Shown here piece after piece: positions 47,452-57,206 of a DNA stretch of 64,000 nucleotides (its first letter is position 1; the number at the start of each line of letters is the position of its first letter). A model generated the notes under the pieces. The model was given only the letters and a program-made list of their open reading frames with translations, made no database searches and was not told the origin of the DNA. This DNA is from Rhodoluna sp. (GTDB taxonomy: Bacteria > Actinomycetota > Actinomycetes > Actinomycetales > Microbacteriaceae): NCBI GenBank assembly GCA_044338175.1, contig JBIIME010000001.1, positions 34,738 to 98,737 on the forward strand. The letters run 5' to 3'. Made by a program: the position numbers and the translations under genes.

Positions 47452-49046
47452 CTGAGCGAAATAAGGTCTGCATACTGATCCGACCAATGATCTTCTGTCC
47501 CATCCGGCAAGATCAGAACTCGCTCAGGGTTAAGAGCAAGCACCGCACCTTCATCATGGGATACCAGAACAACAGCGCCGGTAAAACTAGCTAAAGCACC
47601 AAGAATCTCCTTACGACTAGCAGGGTCTAAGTTGTTTGTCGGCTCATCAAGAAGCAGCACGTTCGCAGATGACACCACCAGCGATGCCAGAGCAAGTCTG
47701 GTCTTTTCGCCACCGCTTAGCACACCAGCTTTTTTACCAACGTCGTCTCCGGTGAACAGGAACGAACCGAGAACTTTCCGGGCCTCGACATCGCCCAAAT
47801 GCGGCGCTGCTGCTTGCATGTTTTCTAGGACAGTTTTGGTCACATCAAGTGTTTCGTGCTCCTGAGCGTAGTAACCAATTTTTAGGCCATGACCGGGTTC
47901 AATTACTCCGGTGTCAGCCTTATCTACTCCAGCAAGAATGCGAAGCAGCGTTGTCTTGCCAGCACCATTCAATCCGATGATTACTACCTTAGATCCCCTA
48001 TCGATTGCCAAATCTACGGCTGCGAAAATCTCTAACGAGCCGTAGCTTTTTGAAAGCCCATGTGCCATCAAGGGAGTCTTGCCACAAGGAGCAGGATCAG
48101 GGAATCGAATCTTTGCGACCCTATCAACTTGACCAACTTCTTCCAACTCGCTTAGTAGCCTTTGTGCACGACGCTGCATTTGCTGAGCTGCTACCGCCTT
48201 GGTTGCCTTAGCGCCGAACTTAGCTGCCTGCAAACTGAGTGAAGCGGCCTTCTTCTCCGCATTCGCTCTTTCACGCTTACGCCTCTCTTCGTCCGCCTCG
48301 CGTTGCTTTTGATATGAACGCCAGCCCATGTTGTAGAGATCGATCTTTTGACGGTTAGCGTCAAGATAAAACACGCGGTTAACAGTGGCTTCCACCAAGT
48401 CGACATCGTGACTTATGACTATCAGGCCACCTTGATATGCACGCAGGAAATCACGAAGCCAGACCACCGAATCTGCATCAAGATGGTTAGTTGGCTCATC
48501 GAGCAACATCGTTTGTGCATCCGAGAACAGAATTCTGGCCAGTTCAATTCTTCTTCGTTGGCCTCCAGAGAGTGTCTTGAGCGCTTGAGACAAAATGCGC
48601 TCTTCAATGCCAAGGTTGCTAGCTATTGCGGAAGCGGCGGCTTCTGCCGCGTAGCCTCCTGCGGCCTGGAAGCGCTCCTCTGCTTTGCTGTACTTGAGCA
48701 TTGCCTTTTCTGAATCAGACTCATTGGTGGATGCCATAATCTCAGTGGCTTCAGACATTTGCCTGAGTAACGTTCCAAGACCACGTGCGTTCAAGATGCG
48801 GTCGCGAGCTGATTCCTCCGGGTCACCTGATCGTGGGTCTTGGGGTAAATATCCGATCTCACCTTGGCGATCAATTAGGCCTTTAGAGGGCTGGCCATCC
48901 CCTGCCAGAATCTTAGTGAGTGTGGTCTTTCCAGCTCCATTGCGGCCAACTAACCCGATCTTGTCCCCAGCGGCTACGCGAAACGAGACCTCGCTCATAA
49001 GAGTTCTGGCACCAATGGTTATTTCGAGGTCCTTGACGCTGAGCAA
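47448..49046 (-). CDS. ABC-F family ATPase (ribosome-associated)
   Basis: Two NBDs (GRNGAGKTT / LSGGQ / DEPTNHLD; GLNGAGKTT / LSGGE / DEPTNNLD), helical linker, no TM. Confidence 0.92.
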   Translation of the reverse strand: MLSVKDLEITIGARTLMSEVSFRVAAGDKIGLVGRNGAGKTTLTKILAGDGQPSKGLIDRQGEIGYLPQDPRSGDPEESARDRILNARGLGTLLRQMSEATEIMASTNESDSEKAMLKYSKAEERFQAAGGYAAEAAASAIASNLGIEERILSQALKTLSGGQRRRIELARILFSDAQTMLLDEPTNHLDADSVVWLRDFLRAYQGGLIVISHDVDLVEATVNRVFYLDANRQKIDLYNMGWRSYQKQREADEERRKRERANAEKKAASLSLQAAKFGAKATKAVAAQQMQRRAQRLLSELEEVGQVDRVAKIRFPDPAPCGKTPLMAHGLSKSYGSLEIFAAVDLAIDRGSKVVIIGLNGAGKTTLLRILAGVDKADTGVIEPGHGLKIGYYAQEHETLDVTKTVLENMQAAAPHLGDVEARKVLGSFLFTGDDVGKKAGVLSGGEKTRLALASLVVSSANVLLLDEPTNNLDPASRKEILGALASFTGAVVLVSHDEGAVLALNPERVLILPDGTEDHWSDQYADLISLS

Positions 49047-49124
49047 TCAATAAACCTTTCATTTGCCCACAAAAGCAATAGTCTACAATCGTCAATACAC
49101 CCCTAGGGCAGAATCGAGAATCTC

Positions 49125-49712
49125 ATGACTATGCAACTTTCAGGCCAAGCAGCTCTTGTTGACCGTGTTATTCCTCGCTCGGCTATCAACAACGTTGCTT
49201 TGATTCTTTCTGGCGCTGTCTTCACAGCGTATGCCGCACAGCTTGTCATTCCGATGTGGCCAGTTCCAATCACAGCTCAAACCCTTGCAGTGTTGTTGGT
49301 TGGTTCTGTGCTTGGTGCCACCCGTGGTGCCATATCCCTCATCGTCTACTTCTCGATGGGCGCGATGGGTCTTCCGGTTTTCTCAGCCGCAACTAGCTTG
49401 AGCTTTGGGCCTACTTTTGGTTACCTAGTTGGCTTTATTGCTGCGGCTGCACTTATTGGCTATTTGTCTGAGCGCGGATGGCACAAATCCGTCACTGGTG
49501 TACTTGGAAGCTTTGCGATTGCAAACTCCGTGATTTATGTATTTGGTCTGCCGTGGTTGGCATTTGCTCTTGGGACTCTAGGAGCAGCTAACGATCTAGC
49601 TTCTGTTGCTGCAGCAGGGCTTGCGCCATTCATTATCGGCGATGTTATCAAGATGACAGTTGCGGCAGCATTATTGCCATTGGCCTGGAAGTTTTTAGGA
49701 AAGAAAGCCTAG
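49125..49712 (+). CDS. bioY: Biotin transporter S-component BioY
   Basis: PVPITAQT, GLPVF, GPTFGYLVGF, PFIIGDVIK. Confidence 0.92.
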   Translation: MTMQLSGQAALVDRVIPRSAINNVALILSGAVFTAYAAQLVIPMWPVPITAQTLAVLLVGSVLGATRGAISLIVYFSMGAMGLPVFSAATSLSFGPTFGYLVGFIAAAALIGYLSERGWHKSVTGVLGSFAIANSVIYVFGLPWLAFALGTLGAANDLASVAAAGLAPFIIGDVIKMTVAAALLPLAWKFLGKKA

Positions 49713-50038
49713 ATCGAGAATCCGATTGCGCGCATTTGCTCGCGACCATCATCGGTGATCTTCTCTGGACCCCAGGGCGGCATCCAAACCCAGTTAATTC
49801 TGAAAGCTTCTACAACGCCATCTAACGCCTCGGCAGTTTGCTCTTCCAGAACATCGGTCAGCGGGCAACCTGCAGAAGTTAGCGTCATGTTTATTAGCAG
49901 CGACTCGTCTTCATCAGCCATCTCAAGGCCATAAATCAAGCCAAGGTCAACAATGTTGACACCTATTTCCGGATCAATAACTTCCTTTAGAGCCTCTTCG
50001 ATCTTGTCGTAGAGGCTTGCTTCTAGCTCTCTTGGCAT
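49709..50038 (-). CDS. sufT: DUF59/SufT Fe-S cluster assembly factor
   Basis: VIDPEIGVNIVDLGLIY, TLTSAGCP, WMPPW. Confidence 0.88.
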   Translation of the reverse strand: MPRELEASLYDKIEEALKEVIDPEIGVNIVDLGLIYGLEMADEDESLLINMTLTSAGCPLTDVLEEQTAEALDGVVEAFRINWVWMPPWGPEKITDDGREQMRAIGFSI

Positions 50039-50039
50039 C

Positions 50040-50792
50040 TTAGGCGTTCACGTACCTGTCGTAACCCTCGGATTCGAGTCTTTCCGCAAGCTCTGCGCCA
50101 CCTTGTTCCGCGATTTGACCAGCTACAAAAACGTGCACGAAATCAGGCTTGATGTACTTCAGGATTCTCGTGTAGTGAGTGATTAGCAAAACACCAATGT
50201 CGTTAGAGTCCTTTATTCTGTTTACTCCCTCGGCGACAACTCGCAACGCGTCAACGTCTAGACCTGAATCGGTTTCATCGAGTACCGCAAACTTGGGCTT
50301 TAGAAGCTCCATCTGCAAAATCTCATGACGCTTCTTCTCTCCACCGGAGAACCCCTCGTTCACATTGCGCTCAGTAAATGCCGCATCCATTTTCAAGTTC
50401 TCCATGGCAACCCGAACATCCTGAATCCAACTGCGAAGCGCGGGTGCTTTGCCATCTACGGCTGTTTTAGCGGTTCGAAGGAAGTTTGAAACACTAACTC
50501 CCGGTATTTCAACTGGATACTGCATCGCAAGAAACAATCCAGCACGTGCACGCTCATCAACGGACATGTCGAGAACGTTTTCGCCATCAAGCAAAATCTC
50601 ACCCTTGGTCACTTGGTACTTTGGGTGACCGGCGATTGAATAAGCCAGTGTCGACTTACCAGAGCCATTAGGGCCCATAACTGCGTGAGTCTCACCGCTA
50701 TTGATAACAAGGTCCACTCCCCTGAGGATTTCTTTGGTTCCCTGATCGGTATCAACCGATACGTGTAGGTTCTTTATCTCTAGCTTTGCCAT
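50040..50792 (-). CDS. sufC: Fe-S assembly ATPase SufC
   Basis: MGPNGSGKST, QYPVEIPGV, NEGFSGGEKKR, DETDSGLD, ITHY. Confidence 0.95.
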   Translation of the reverse strand: MAKLEIKNLHVSVDTDQGTKEILRGVDLVINSGETHAVMGPNGSGKSTLAYSIAGHPKYQVTKGEILLDGENVLDMSVDERARAGLFLAMQYPVEIPGVSVSNFLRTAKTAVDGKAPALRSWIQDVRVAMENLKMDAAFTERNVNEGFSGGEKKRHEILQMELLKPKFAVLDETDSGLDVDALRVVAEGVNRIKDSNDIGVLLITHYTRILKYIKPDFVHVFVAGQIAEQGGAELAERLESEGYDRYVNA

Positions 50793-50795
50793 TTT

Positions 50796-51116
50796 CTACT
50801 CACTGTCCTTGTCGATTTCAATAAAAACTTCGCCGTTTTCAACGATTACTTCGTATGTTGCAACTGGCTCATACGCTGGAAGAGAAAGTGGAACTCCGGT
50901 GTCCAACGAAAACTTTGCTCCATGAGCCCAACACTCAATGGTGTCGTTATCAACAAAACCTTCGCTAAGTGAGATCTCTCCATGTGAGCACTTATCCCCG
51001 AGGGCTTTGAATCGGCCATCTTTCGTGTGCACGAGAGCTATTGCCTCTTCACCAATTTTTACTCGAAGTGCTTTTCCGGGTCTAATGTCTTCCACGTTAC
51101 AGATCCTGATCGCCAT
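50796..51116 (-). CDS. Rieske-type ferredoxin
   Basis: CSH...CWAH Rieske ligands; inside the suf operon. Confidence 0.9.
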   Translation of the reverse strand: MAIRICNVEDIRPGKALRVKIGEEAIALVHTKDGRFKALGDKCSHGEISLSEGFVDNDTIECWAHGAKFSLDTGVPLSLPAYEPVATYEVIVENGEVFIEIDKDSE

Positions 51117-52288
51117 TACTTCACTGTCCCTTCGAGTTCATCTTCGATAGCTTGCGCCAATCTGTCCTCTAGTTCAGCAATGCCAATCTGTTGAACTACT
51201 TCCATTAGGAAACCTCGTACCACAAGGCGCCTTGCTTCTAGCTCGTCTATGCCACGAGCTTGTAGGTAAAACAGTTGTTCGTCGTCGAATCTTCCGCTTG
51301 CGCTGGCGTGTCCCGCACCTTGGATCTGACCGGTTTCAATCTCGAGGTTTGGAACAGAGTCCGCTCTCGCGCCATCGGTTAGGAGGAGATTGCGGTTTAG
51401 CTCGTATGTGTCAGTGCCCTCAGCTTCGGCGCGAATTAGCACATCGCCAACCCAAACGGTGTGCGCTTTTTGTCCCTGGAGGGCACCTTTGTAGGTGACT
51501 CTGGACTTGCAGTTTGGCTGCGAGTGATCAACAAAGATTCTGTGCTCGAGGTATTGACCAGCGTCTGCAAAGTAGAGACCAAACAGGGCAACATCCCCAC
51601 CCGGTGCATCAAAGTACGCAGAAGGAGTTACTCGAACTACCGCTCCGCCAAGTGAAACAACTACGTGCTTGAACTTAGAGTTTCTTCCCAGCCTGGCAAA
51701 TTGCGAGGAAGAGTGAATCGATTTAGCGTTCCACTCTTGGATGCTTACTAAGGTCAAATTTGCTTCGTCTTCAACAATAATCTCGATGTTCTCTGACAAA
51801 ACAGCATCACCGCGATGCTCCAAAACAACTGTTGAGTTTGACCCTTTGGCAGCGTGAACAATTACATGCAGTGCAGAAGGATCTTTAACTAACGACTTAA
51901 TCTCAATCGAAGTTGGCTCGGGAGAAGTGTTGGCAGGAACAGAAACCAAATAGGCCGCCTTAGCAGCCTCCCAGCCCGCCGCAGATACTCGGTCTTCTGG
52001 AGTACCAGCTGACCCGAAGAGCTTATGGTCTGACTCAATCCAAGAAGTTTCAACACCGTCCGCGGTTGTGGCAGTAATGTCGCCAGAGAACTCCTCTAGT
52101 CCGGACTTATCTAATCCACCAAGCTCATCCGAGCCGATGTAACGCCACTGCTCTTCGCGTGTTGAGATCTCAGCAAAGTCTTCGAGCTTGGTCGACTTAA
52201 TTCTTTCCGAACGAGTCTGAATCGGAACCCCGAAGCCATGGGAATGCTCTGACAATCCATGCTGGATTGTCTCTGAAGCGCCTGCCAC
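51116..52288 (-). CDS. sufD: Fe-S assembly protein SufD
   Basis: EQWRY, YKGALQG, SVPNLEI, GHASASG..DDEQLFYLQARGI. Confidence 0.93.
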   Translation of the reverse strand: MAGASETIQHGLSEHSHGFGVPIQTRSERIKSTKLEDFAEISTREEQWRYIGSDELGGLDKSGLEEFSGDITATTADGVETSWIESDHKLFGSAGTPEDRVSAAGWEAAKAAYLVSVPANTSPEPTSIEIKSLVKDPSALHVIVHAAKGSNSTVVLEHRGDAVLSENIEIIVEDEANLTLVSIQEWNAKSIHSSSQFARLGRNSKFKHVVVSLGGAVVRVTPSAYFDAPGGDVALFGLYFADAGQYLEHRIFVDHSQPNCKSRVTYKGALQGQKAHTVWVGDVLIRAEAEGTDTYELNRNLLLTDGARADSVPNLEIETGQIQGAGHASASGRFDDEQLFYLQARGIDELEARRLVVRGFLMEVVQQIGIAELEDRLAQAIEDELEGTVK

Positions 52289-53706
52289 TAGCCGACAGCC
52301 CCTTCCATTTGCATTTCGATTAATTTGTTGAGCTCGAGTGCATACTCCATTGGCAGCTCTTTCGCGATTGGTTCAATGAAACCGCGAACAATCATGGCCA
52401 TAGCCTCATCTTCTGCCATACCTCTGGACTGAAGATAGAAAAGCTGCTCTTCACTAACACGTGAAACAGTTGCCTCATGCCCCATTGATACATCGTCTTC
52501 GCGAACATCAACGGTTGGGTAAGTGTCGCTTCTAGAAATAGTGTCGACGAGTAAAGCGTCGCAACGGACGGTGTTTGCACTGTGGTGCGCTCCTGGGTTG
52601 ACGCGAATCTCCCCGCGGTAAGAAGTTCTTCCACCTCCACGGGCGATTGACTTGGAAACAATCGAGGAAGATGTGTGTGGTGCAAGATGGATCATCTTTG
52701 CTCCGGCATCTTGGTGCTGGCCTTCTCCTGCGAATGCGACCGAAAGGGTTTCTCCCCTGGCGTATTCCCCAGCAAGAATTACCGATGGGTACTTCATGGT
52801 CACCTTTGAACCGATGTTGCCATCGATCCACTCCATGGTTGCTCCCTCGTGCGCGATCGCACGCTTGGTGACGAGGTTGTAAACATTGTTGGACCAGTTT
52901 TGGATTGTGGTGTATCGAACGCGAGCACCTCTTTTCACAATAATCTCAACTACCGCAGAGTGCAGCGAGTCCGACTTGTAAATCGGCGCGGTGCAACCTT
53001 CTATGTAGTGAACATAAGAATCTTCATCAGCAATAATGAGAGTTCTTTCGAACTGGCCCATGTTTTCGGTGTTGATGCGGAAGTATGCCTGTAATGGAAT
53101 CTCAACGTGAACACCCTTAGGTACATAAACGAATGATCCTCCCGACCAAACAGACGTGTTAAGAGCCGCGAACTTGTTGTCCCCTGCTGGGATAACGGTT
53201 CCAAAATATTCCTTGAACATCTCAGGATGCTCGCGCAATGCGGTGTCGGTGTCCAAAAACAGAACGCCCTGCTTCTCTAATTCTTCGTTGATCTGGTGAT
53301 AGACAACCTCAGATTCGTACTGTGCGGCTACACCGGCTACAAGACGCTGTCTCTCGGCTTCTGGGATACCGAGTTTTTCGTAGGTTGCTTTGATCTCTTC
53401 GGGCAGGTCTTCCCAGCTCTGGGCTTGCTTTTCGGTAGAGCGAACAAAGTACTTGATATTGTCAAAATCAATTCCCGAAAGGTCTGAACCCCAAGCTGGC
53501 ATTGGCTTTTTGAGGAAGTATTGGTAACCCTTCAGACGCATGTCCAGCATCCACTCAGGTTCGTTCTTCAATCCAGAAATGTCCTTAACGACTTGCTCAC
53601 TGATGCCTCGCTTGGCGAATGCGCCGGCGTCGTTGCCATCTGACCAGCCGTACTCGTAGTTTCCGAGGCTATCTAGCTCAGGTCGGTCAATGATGATGTC
53701 GGACAT
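52288..53706 (-). CDS. sufB: Fe-S assembly protein SufB (no intein)
   Basis: [45 protein letters not shown]. Confidence 0.96.
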   Translation of the reverse strand: MSDIIIDRPELDSLGNYEYGWSDGNDAGAFAKRGISEQVVKDISGLKNEPEWMLDMRLKGYQYFLKKPMPAWGSDLSGIDFDNIKYFVRSTEKQAQSWEDLPEEIKATYEKLGIPEAERQRLVAGVAAQYESEVVYHQINEELEKQGVLFLDTDTALREHPEMFKEYFGTVIPAGDNKFAALNTSVWSGGSFVYVPKGVHVEIPLQAYFRINTENMGQFERTLIIADEDSYVHYIEGCTAPIYKSDSLHSAVVEIIVKRGARVRYTTIQNWSNNVYNLVTKRAIAHEGATMEWIDGNIGSKVTMKYPSVILAGEYARGETLSVAFAGEGQHQDAGAKMIHLAPHTSSSIVSKSIARGGGRTSYRGEIRVNPGAHHSANTVRCDALLVDTISRSDTYPTVDVREDDVSMGHEATVSRVSEEQLFYLQSRGMAEDEAMAMIVRGFIEPIAKELPMEYALELNKLIEMQMEGAVG

Positions 53707-53731
53707 TTGTCTCCTTATTGTTGATATCTAG

Positions 53732-54763
53732 GTGAAACCCACTCTTGCAACAATGCATTCCCGCGCAAAAGTTAATGCGAAACTGGAATTGACTAAAGTT
53801 TACCAGCATTGCCCAAAATTGCATCAGGAGACAGGATATAAGCTGTTGGTTCAGCCATTTAGAACACTCTTAGCGCCCGCAAGGCTCAATGCCTACGTTT
53901 GGGCATCGCTTGTTAGTCAGATTTTGATCGTTGTGACCGGTGGTCTGGTTCGACTTACGGGGTCGGGTTTGGGCTGCCCAACTTGGCCAAAGTGCACGGA
54001 CGAGTCCTTCGTTTCTGTTCCTGAGATGGGTATTCACGGCCTGATTGAGTTTGGAAACCGACTTCTAACCTTTGTTTTGGTGATAATCGCAGGCCTAACT
54101 TTTATCGTTATTCGAAGGACCATAAAGTCGCTGCGCTTTGGTCTAACTTGGCCAGCAGTCCTACTGATTGTTGGAATCATCACTCAGGCTCTTCTTGGGG
54201 GCATCACAGTGCTTACTGGTCTCAACTCTTGGGTTGTTGGAGCCCACTTCTTGGTCTCTGGTGTTCTGATCAGCATCGCATCCATTCTTGTCTGGAGGGT
54301 TTACTCGCCTAGGCGCGATCCGATCAGCTACAGCTCTGTGTTACTTGCCTGGCCCATTTTCGTCGTGGGCTGGGTAACGGTAATAGTTGGTGTTGTCGTC
54401 ACTGGAGCAGGACCTCACGCGGGCGATGCATCAACTCCTCGCAACGGCTTCGACCTTGAAACCTGGCAGCACTATCACTCCTGGCCTGCGTACCTAATGA
54501 CTGGCCTCGTGCTCGTCTCACTGGCATTGGCTTCTAGAAGTGTTCAAAGGCCCCGGTGGTCGAATCCGGCTGTCAAGTCCCTAGGCGCTTTGCTTATCGT
54601 TTCGGTTCTTCAGGGTGCATTGGGTGTAGTGCAGGCAAACATGGGAGTGCCTGCTTTGCTCGCTGGCGTTCACATGCTCGGGGCCTCGCTCATCATTTCA
54701 TTACTTACCTTCCAGCTGCTAGCTCTTAGGTCCAAATATCAAAGAGTTGACCCAAAAAGATGA
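53732..54763 (+). CDS. ctaA: Heme A synthase COX15/CtaA (true start probably downstream, near 53845)
   Basis: GGLVRLTGSGLGCPTWPKC, IEFGNR, QALLGG, HF, GPHAGD, H.WPA, HMLGA. Confidence 0.88.
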   Translation: MKPTLATMHSRAKVNAKLELTKVYQHCPKLHQETGYKLLVQPFRTLLAPARLNAYVWASLVSQILIVVTGGLVRLTGSGLGCPTWPKCTDESFVSVPEMGIHGLIEFGNRLLTFVLVIIAGLTFIVIRRTIKSLRFGLTWPAVLLIVGIITQALLGGITVLTGLNSWVVGAHFLVSGVLISIASILVWRVYSPRRDPISYSSVLLAWPIFVVGWVTVIVGVVVTGAGPHAGDASTPRNGFDLETWQHYHSWPAYLMTGLVLVSLALASRSVQRPRWSNPAVKSLGALLIVSVLQGALGVVQANMGVPALLAGVHMLGASLIISLLTFQLLALRSKYQRVDPKR

Positions 54764-56124
54764 GCCGGATCTTTTGGTTCCGCAAGGATCTAAGGCTTCA
54801 AGACAATGAAGCCTTGACACGTTGCGCCGAGGCCGCCATTACAGATGGTGACTCTCAGGTCATTGCCTGTTTCACTTTTGAGAGGAATTCTTTTGAGAAC
54901 CTGAGTGGAATCAGACAGCACTCGCTTATCGCCTCCTTGGAATCTCTTAGTAGTTCAATGTCAGGTTCATTGAATGTGCTATCAGGCAATAGCTTCGAAA
55001 CGATCGCAAAACTGGCGAAGCAAAATGATGTCGAGTTTGTACACGCCACCGAAAGCTTTGACCCAGCCGGAATCCGTGAGCAAAAAAAGGTTGCCAAAGC
55101 CTTAGCCGGAATTGGTAAGACGCTAATACTCGAAGGCTCAAATTATGCTGTAAAGCCAGGGGTTGTAGTCAAGCCAACAGACGGATCGGCCTATCGAGTT
55201 TACACTCCCTTTTACAAGGCCTGGTTTGAGAATGGCTGGCCAGAACCATTCATGCTTCCAAAGCAAACTACCTGGTTGCCAAGTGCGGATTCAGAGATCC
55301 CAAGTCCTTCCAAGCCAGCACAATTCAAGGTCCGCGCTGGTGAGAAGTATGCTTTGGAAACCTTTGAGCGATTTAAGAACCGGGCGCTTTTTGATTACTC
55401 CGAAAACAGAAATCGAGCAGATCTATCTGGGACCTCGAAGCTCTCGCATGCACTGGCTCATGGAGAGATCCATCCACGAACGCTGCTCGCGGATTTACGA
55501 GATACCCCTGGCCACAACGTATTCCGAAAAGAGATTGCTTGGCGAGAGTTCTATGCAGATGTCCTTTTCCGAAATCCTCACACGGTGAACGATTACTACG
55601 TTCCTCGTTTTGCAAGGATGAAGTACGACACCGGAAAAGTGGCGAACGAGAAACTTGAGCGCTGGAAAAAGGGCACAACTGGCTTTCCAATGGTTGATGC
55701 AGGTATGCGACAGCTGGCGAGCGAAGGTTGGATGCATAATCGTGTACGCATGATTGTTGCGAGCTTTCTTGTAAAGGACCTTCACTTAGAGTGGCAAGTT
55801 GGCGCCGACTGGTTTGAGCAATGCCTGTCTGATTTTGATCCTGCGTCAAACTCTCACGGCTGGCAGTGGACGGCTGGGTGCGGCACAGATGCCTCCCCGT
55901 ACTACAGGGTTTTCAACCCAATCTTGCAGGGGTACAAATTCGATCCTGATGGCAACTATGTTCGCAAATACATTCCAGAGCTAGGACATTTGCAAGGTTC
56001 TGAAGTACATGAGCCTTGGCTGCTTATTGATGGGCTCGTGAATGGATACCCCGAGCCAATGCTCGATCACTCGAAAGAGCGTGACGAGAGCCTTCGCAGA
56101 CTAGAAGAGATTAAAGAAAAATAG
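54760..56124 (+). CDS. phrB: Deoxyribodipyrimidine (CPD) photolyase, class I-like
   Basis: WFRKDLRLQDN, YRVYTPF, TSKLS, WREFY, GTTGFPMVDAGMRQL..EGWMHNRVRM, SNSHGWQW.AG.GTD..PYYRVFNP. Confidence 0.9.
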   Translation: MSRIFWFRKDLRLQDNEALTRCAEAAITDGDSQVIACFTFERNSFENLSGIRQHSLIASLESLSSSMSGSLNVLSGNSFETIAKLAKQNDVEFVHATESFDPAGIREQKKVAKALAGIGKTLILEGSNYAVKPGVVVKPTDGSAYRVYTPFYKAWFENGWPEPFMLPKQTTWLPSADSEIPSPSKPAQFKVRAGEKYALETFERFKNRALFDYSENRNRADLSGTSKLSHALAHGEIHPRTLLADLRDTPGHNVFRKEIAWREFYADVLFRNPHTVNDYYVPRFARMKYDTGKVANEKLERWKKGTTGFPMVDAGMRQLASEGWMHNRVRMIVASFLVKDLHLEWQVGADWFEQCLSDFDPASNSHGWQWTAGCGTDASPYYRVFNPILQGYKFDPDGNYVRKYIPELGHLQGSEVHEPWLLIDGLVNGYPEPMLDHSKERDESLRRLEEIKEK

Positions 56125-57027
56125 CGGGTCAAGCGCTATCGCGACAAACAGAACGGTCAAGTACGTTATGGACCCATGGAAAAGCCTCATCGGGTTTTTA
56201 ATCTCCCCCTTGCTTGCCTCGGCATTTAGACGGTGCGATTCCAATATGAACAGCAGCCCTGTTACTAAGGCAGTACTCGAATAGATGATTCCCATTTGGC
56301 CAAGCGGAATAAGTAGCAAAGTTGAGGCAACCAACGCCCAAGCGTAAAGAACAATCTGCACCCCAACAGTCTTGTTGTTTCGGACCACCGGAAGCATCGG
56401 AACACCTGCATCGCTGTACTCGGTTTTGTATCTAAGAGATAGTGGCCAGTAGTGCGGCGGCGTCCATAGGAAAACAATCAAAAACAAAACCCAGGCAGCC
56501 GCATTCAGCTCCCCTGTCACTGCAGCCCAGCCAATCAAGACCGGCATTGCTCCTGCCGCTCCTCCCCAGACAATATTCTGAGGAGTGCGACGCTTCAGGA
56601 GCAGCGTGTATACAAAAACGTAGAAAAGAATTGCCGCTAGCGATAATGCCGCGGCCAATAGGTTAACTAGAACGGCAAGCCAGATAACAGATAGAACCCC
56701 CAGCGCCCAAGCGAACAGGTATGCCTCTTTAGCCGAGAGCTCTCCAGATACCAGTGGTCGGGACTTGGTTCTTCCCATGATCTTGTCGATGTCCCGGTCG
56801 ATGTAGCAGTTGAATGAATTGGCACTGCCGGCACTCAAGGCTCCACCAAGTACCGTTGCCACCACAAGCCAGGGGTCCGGTATGCCACGCTGGGCAAGAA
56901 TCATGGTTGGGACCGTTGCGATAAGCAGAAGCTCTATAACCCTCGGCTTTGTGAGGGAAAAATATGCCTTGGCCTTGCGCCAAAAACCTAGCCTGACAGG
57001 CCTTGATTCTATTGTTTGAGAGCTCAT
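56101..57027 (-). CDS. ctaB: Protoheme IX farnesyltransferase (heme O synthase)
   Basis: LTKPRVIELL, DRDIDKIMGRTKSRPL, KRRTPQNIVWGG, WTPPHYW; ATG 57027 (alternative 57036). Confidence 0.93.
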   Translation of the reverse strand: MSSQTIESRPVRLGFWRKAKAYFSLTKPRVIELLLIATVPTMILAQRGIPDPWLVVATVLGGALSAGSANSFNCYIDRDIDKIMGRTKSRPLVSGELSAKEAYLFAWALGVLSVIWLAVLVNLLAAALSLAAILFYVFVYTLLLKRRTPQNIVWGGAAGAMPVLIGWAAVTGELNAAAWVLFLIVFLWTPPHYWPLSLRYKTEYSDAGVPMLPVVRNNKTVGVQIVLYAWALVASTLLLIPLGQMGIIYSSTALVTGLLFILESHRLNAEASKGEIKNPMRLFHGSITYLTVLFVAIALDPLFFFNLF

Positions 57028-57206
57028 GATTTGCATTAAGTCTAAGCGACCAAGATTGAGCCTTTCGCAACCAAGAGTGGCAGGGCTGAGTGTGTAAGGT
57101 TTTAGTTGTAGGGCCCGGATCTCAAACAATTTTGCATCTAAAGGATTCAAACCTGTTTGGTGGGAACTGCGCAAAAGTTCCAGAAAACAAGAGAAGCAGG
57201 TCGGTT

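Noticed and set aside
57028-57206. Long N-terminal extensions making the ctaB and tkt ORFs overlap head to head
   Set aside because: The extensions lack family-like sequence; starts at 57027 and 57207 give normal proteins and a 179-bp promoter region
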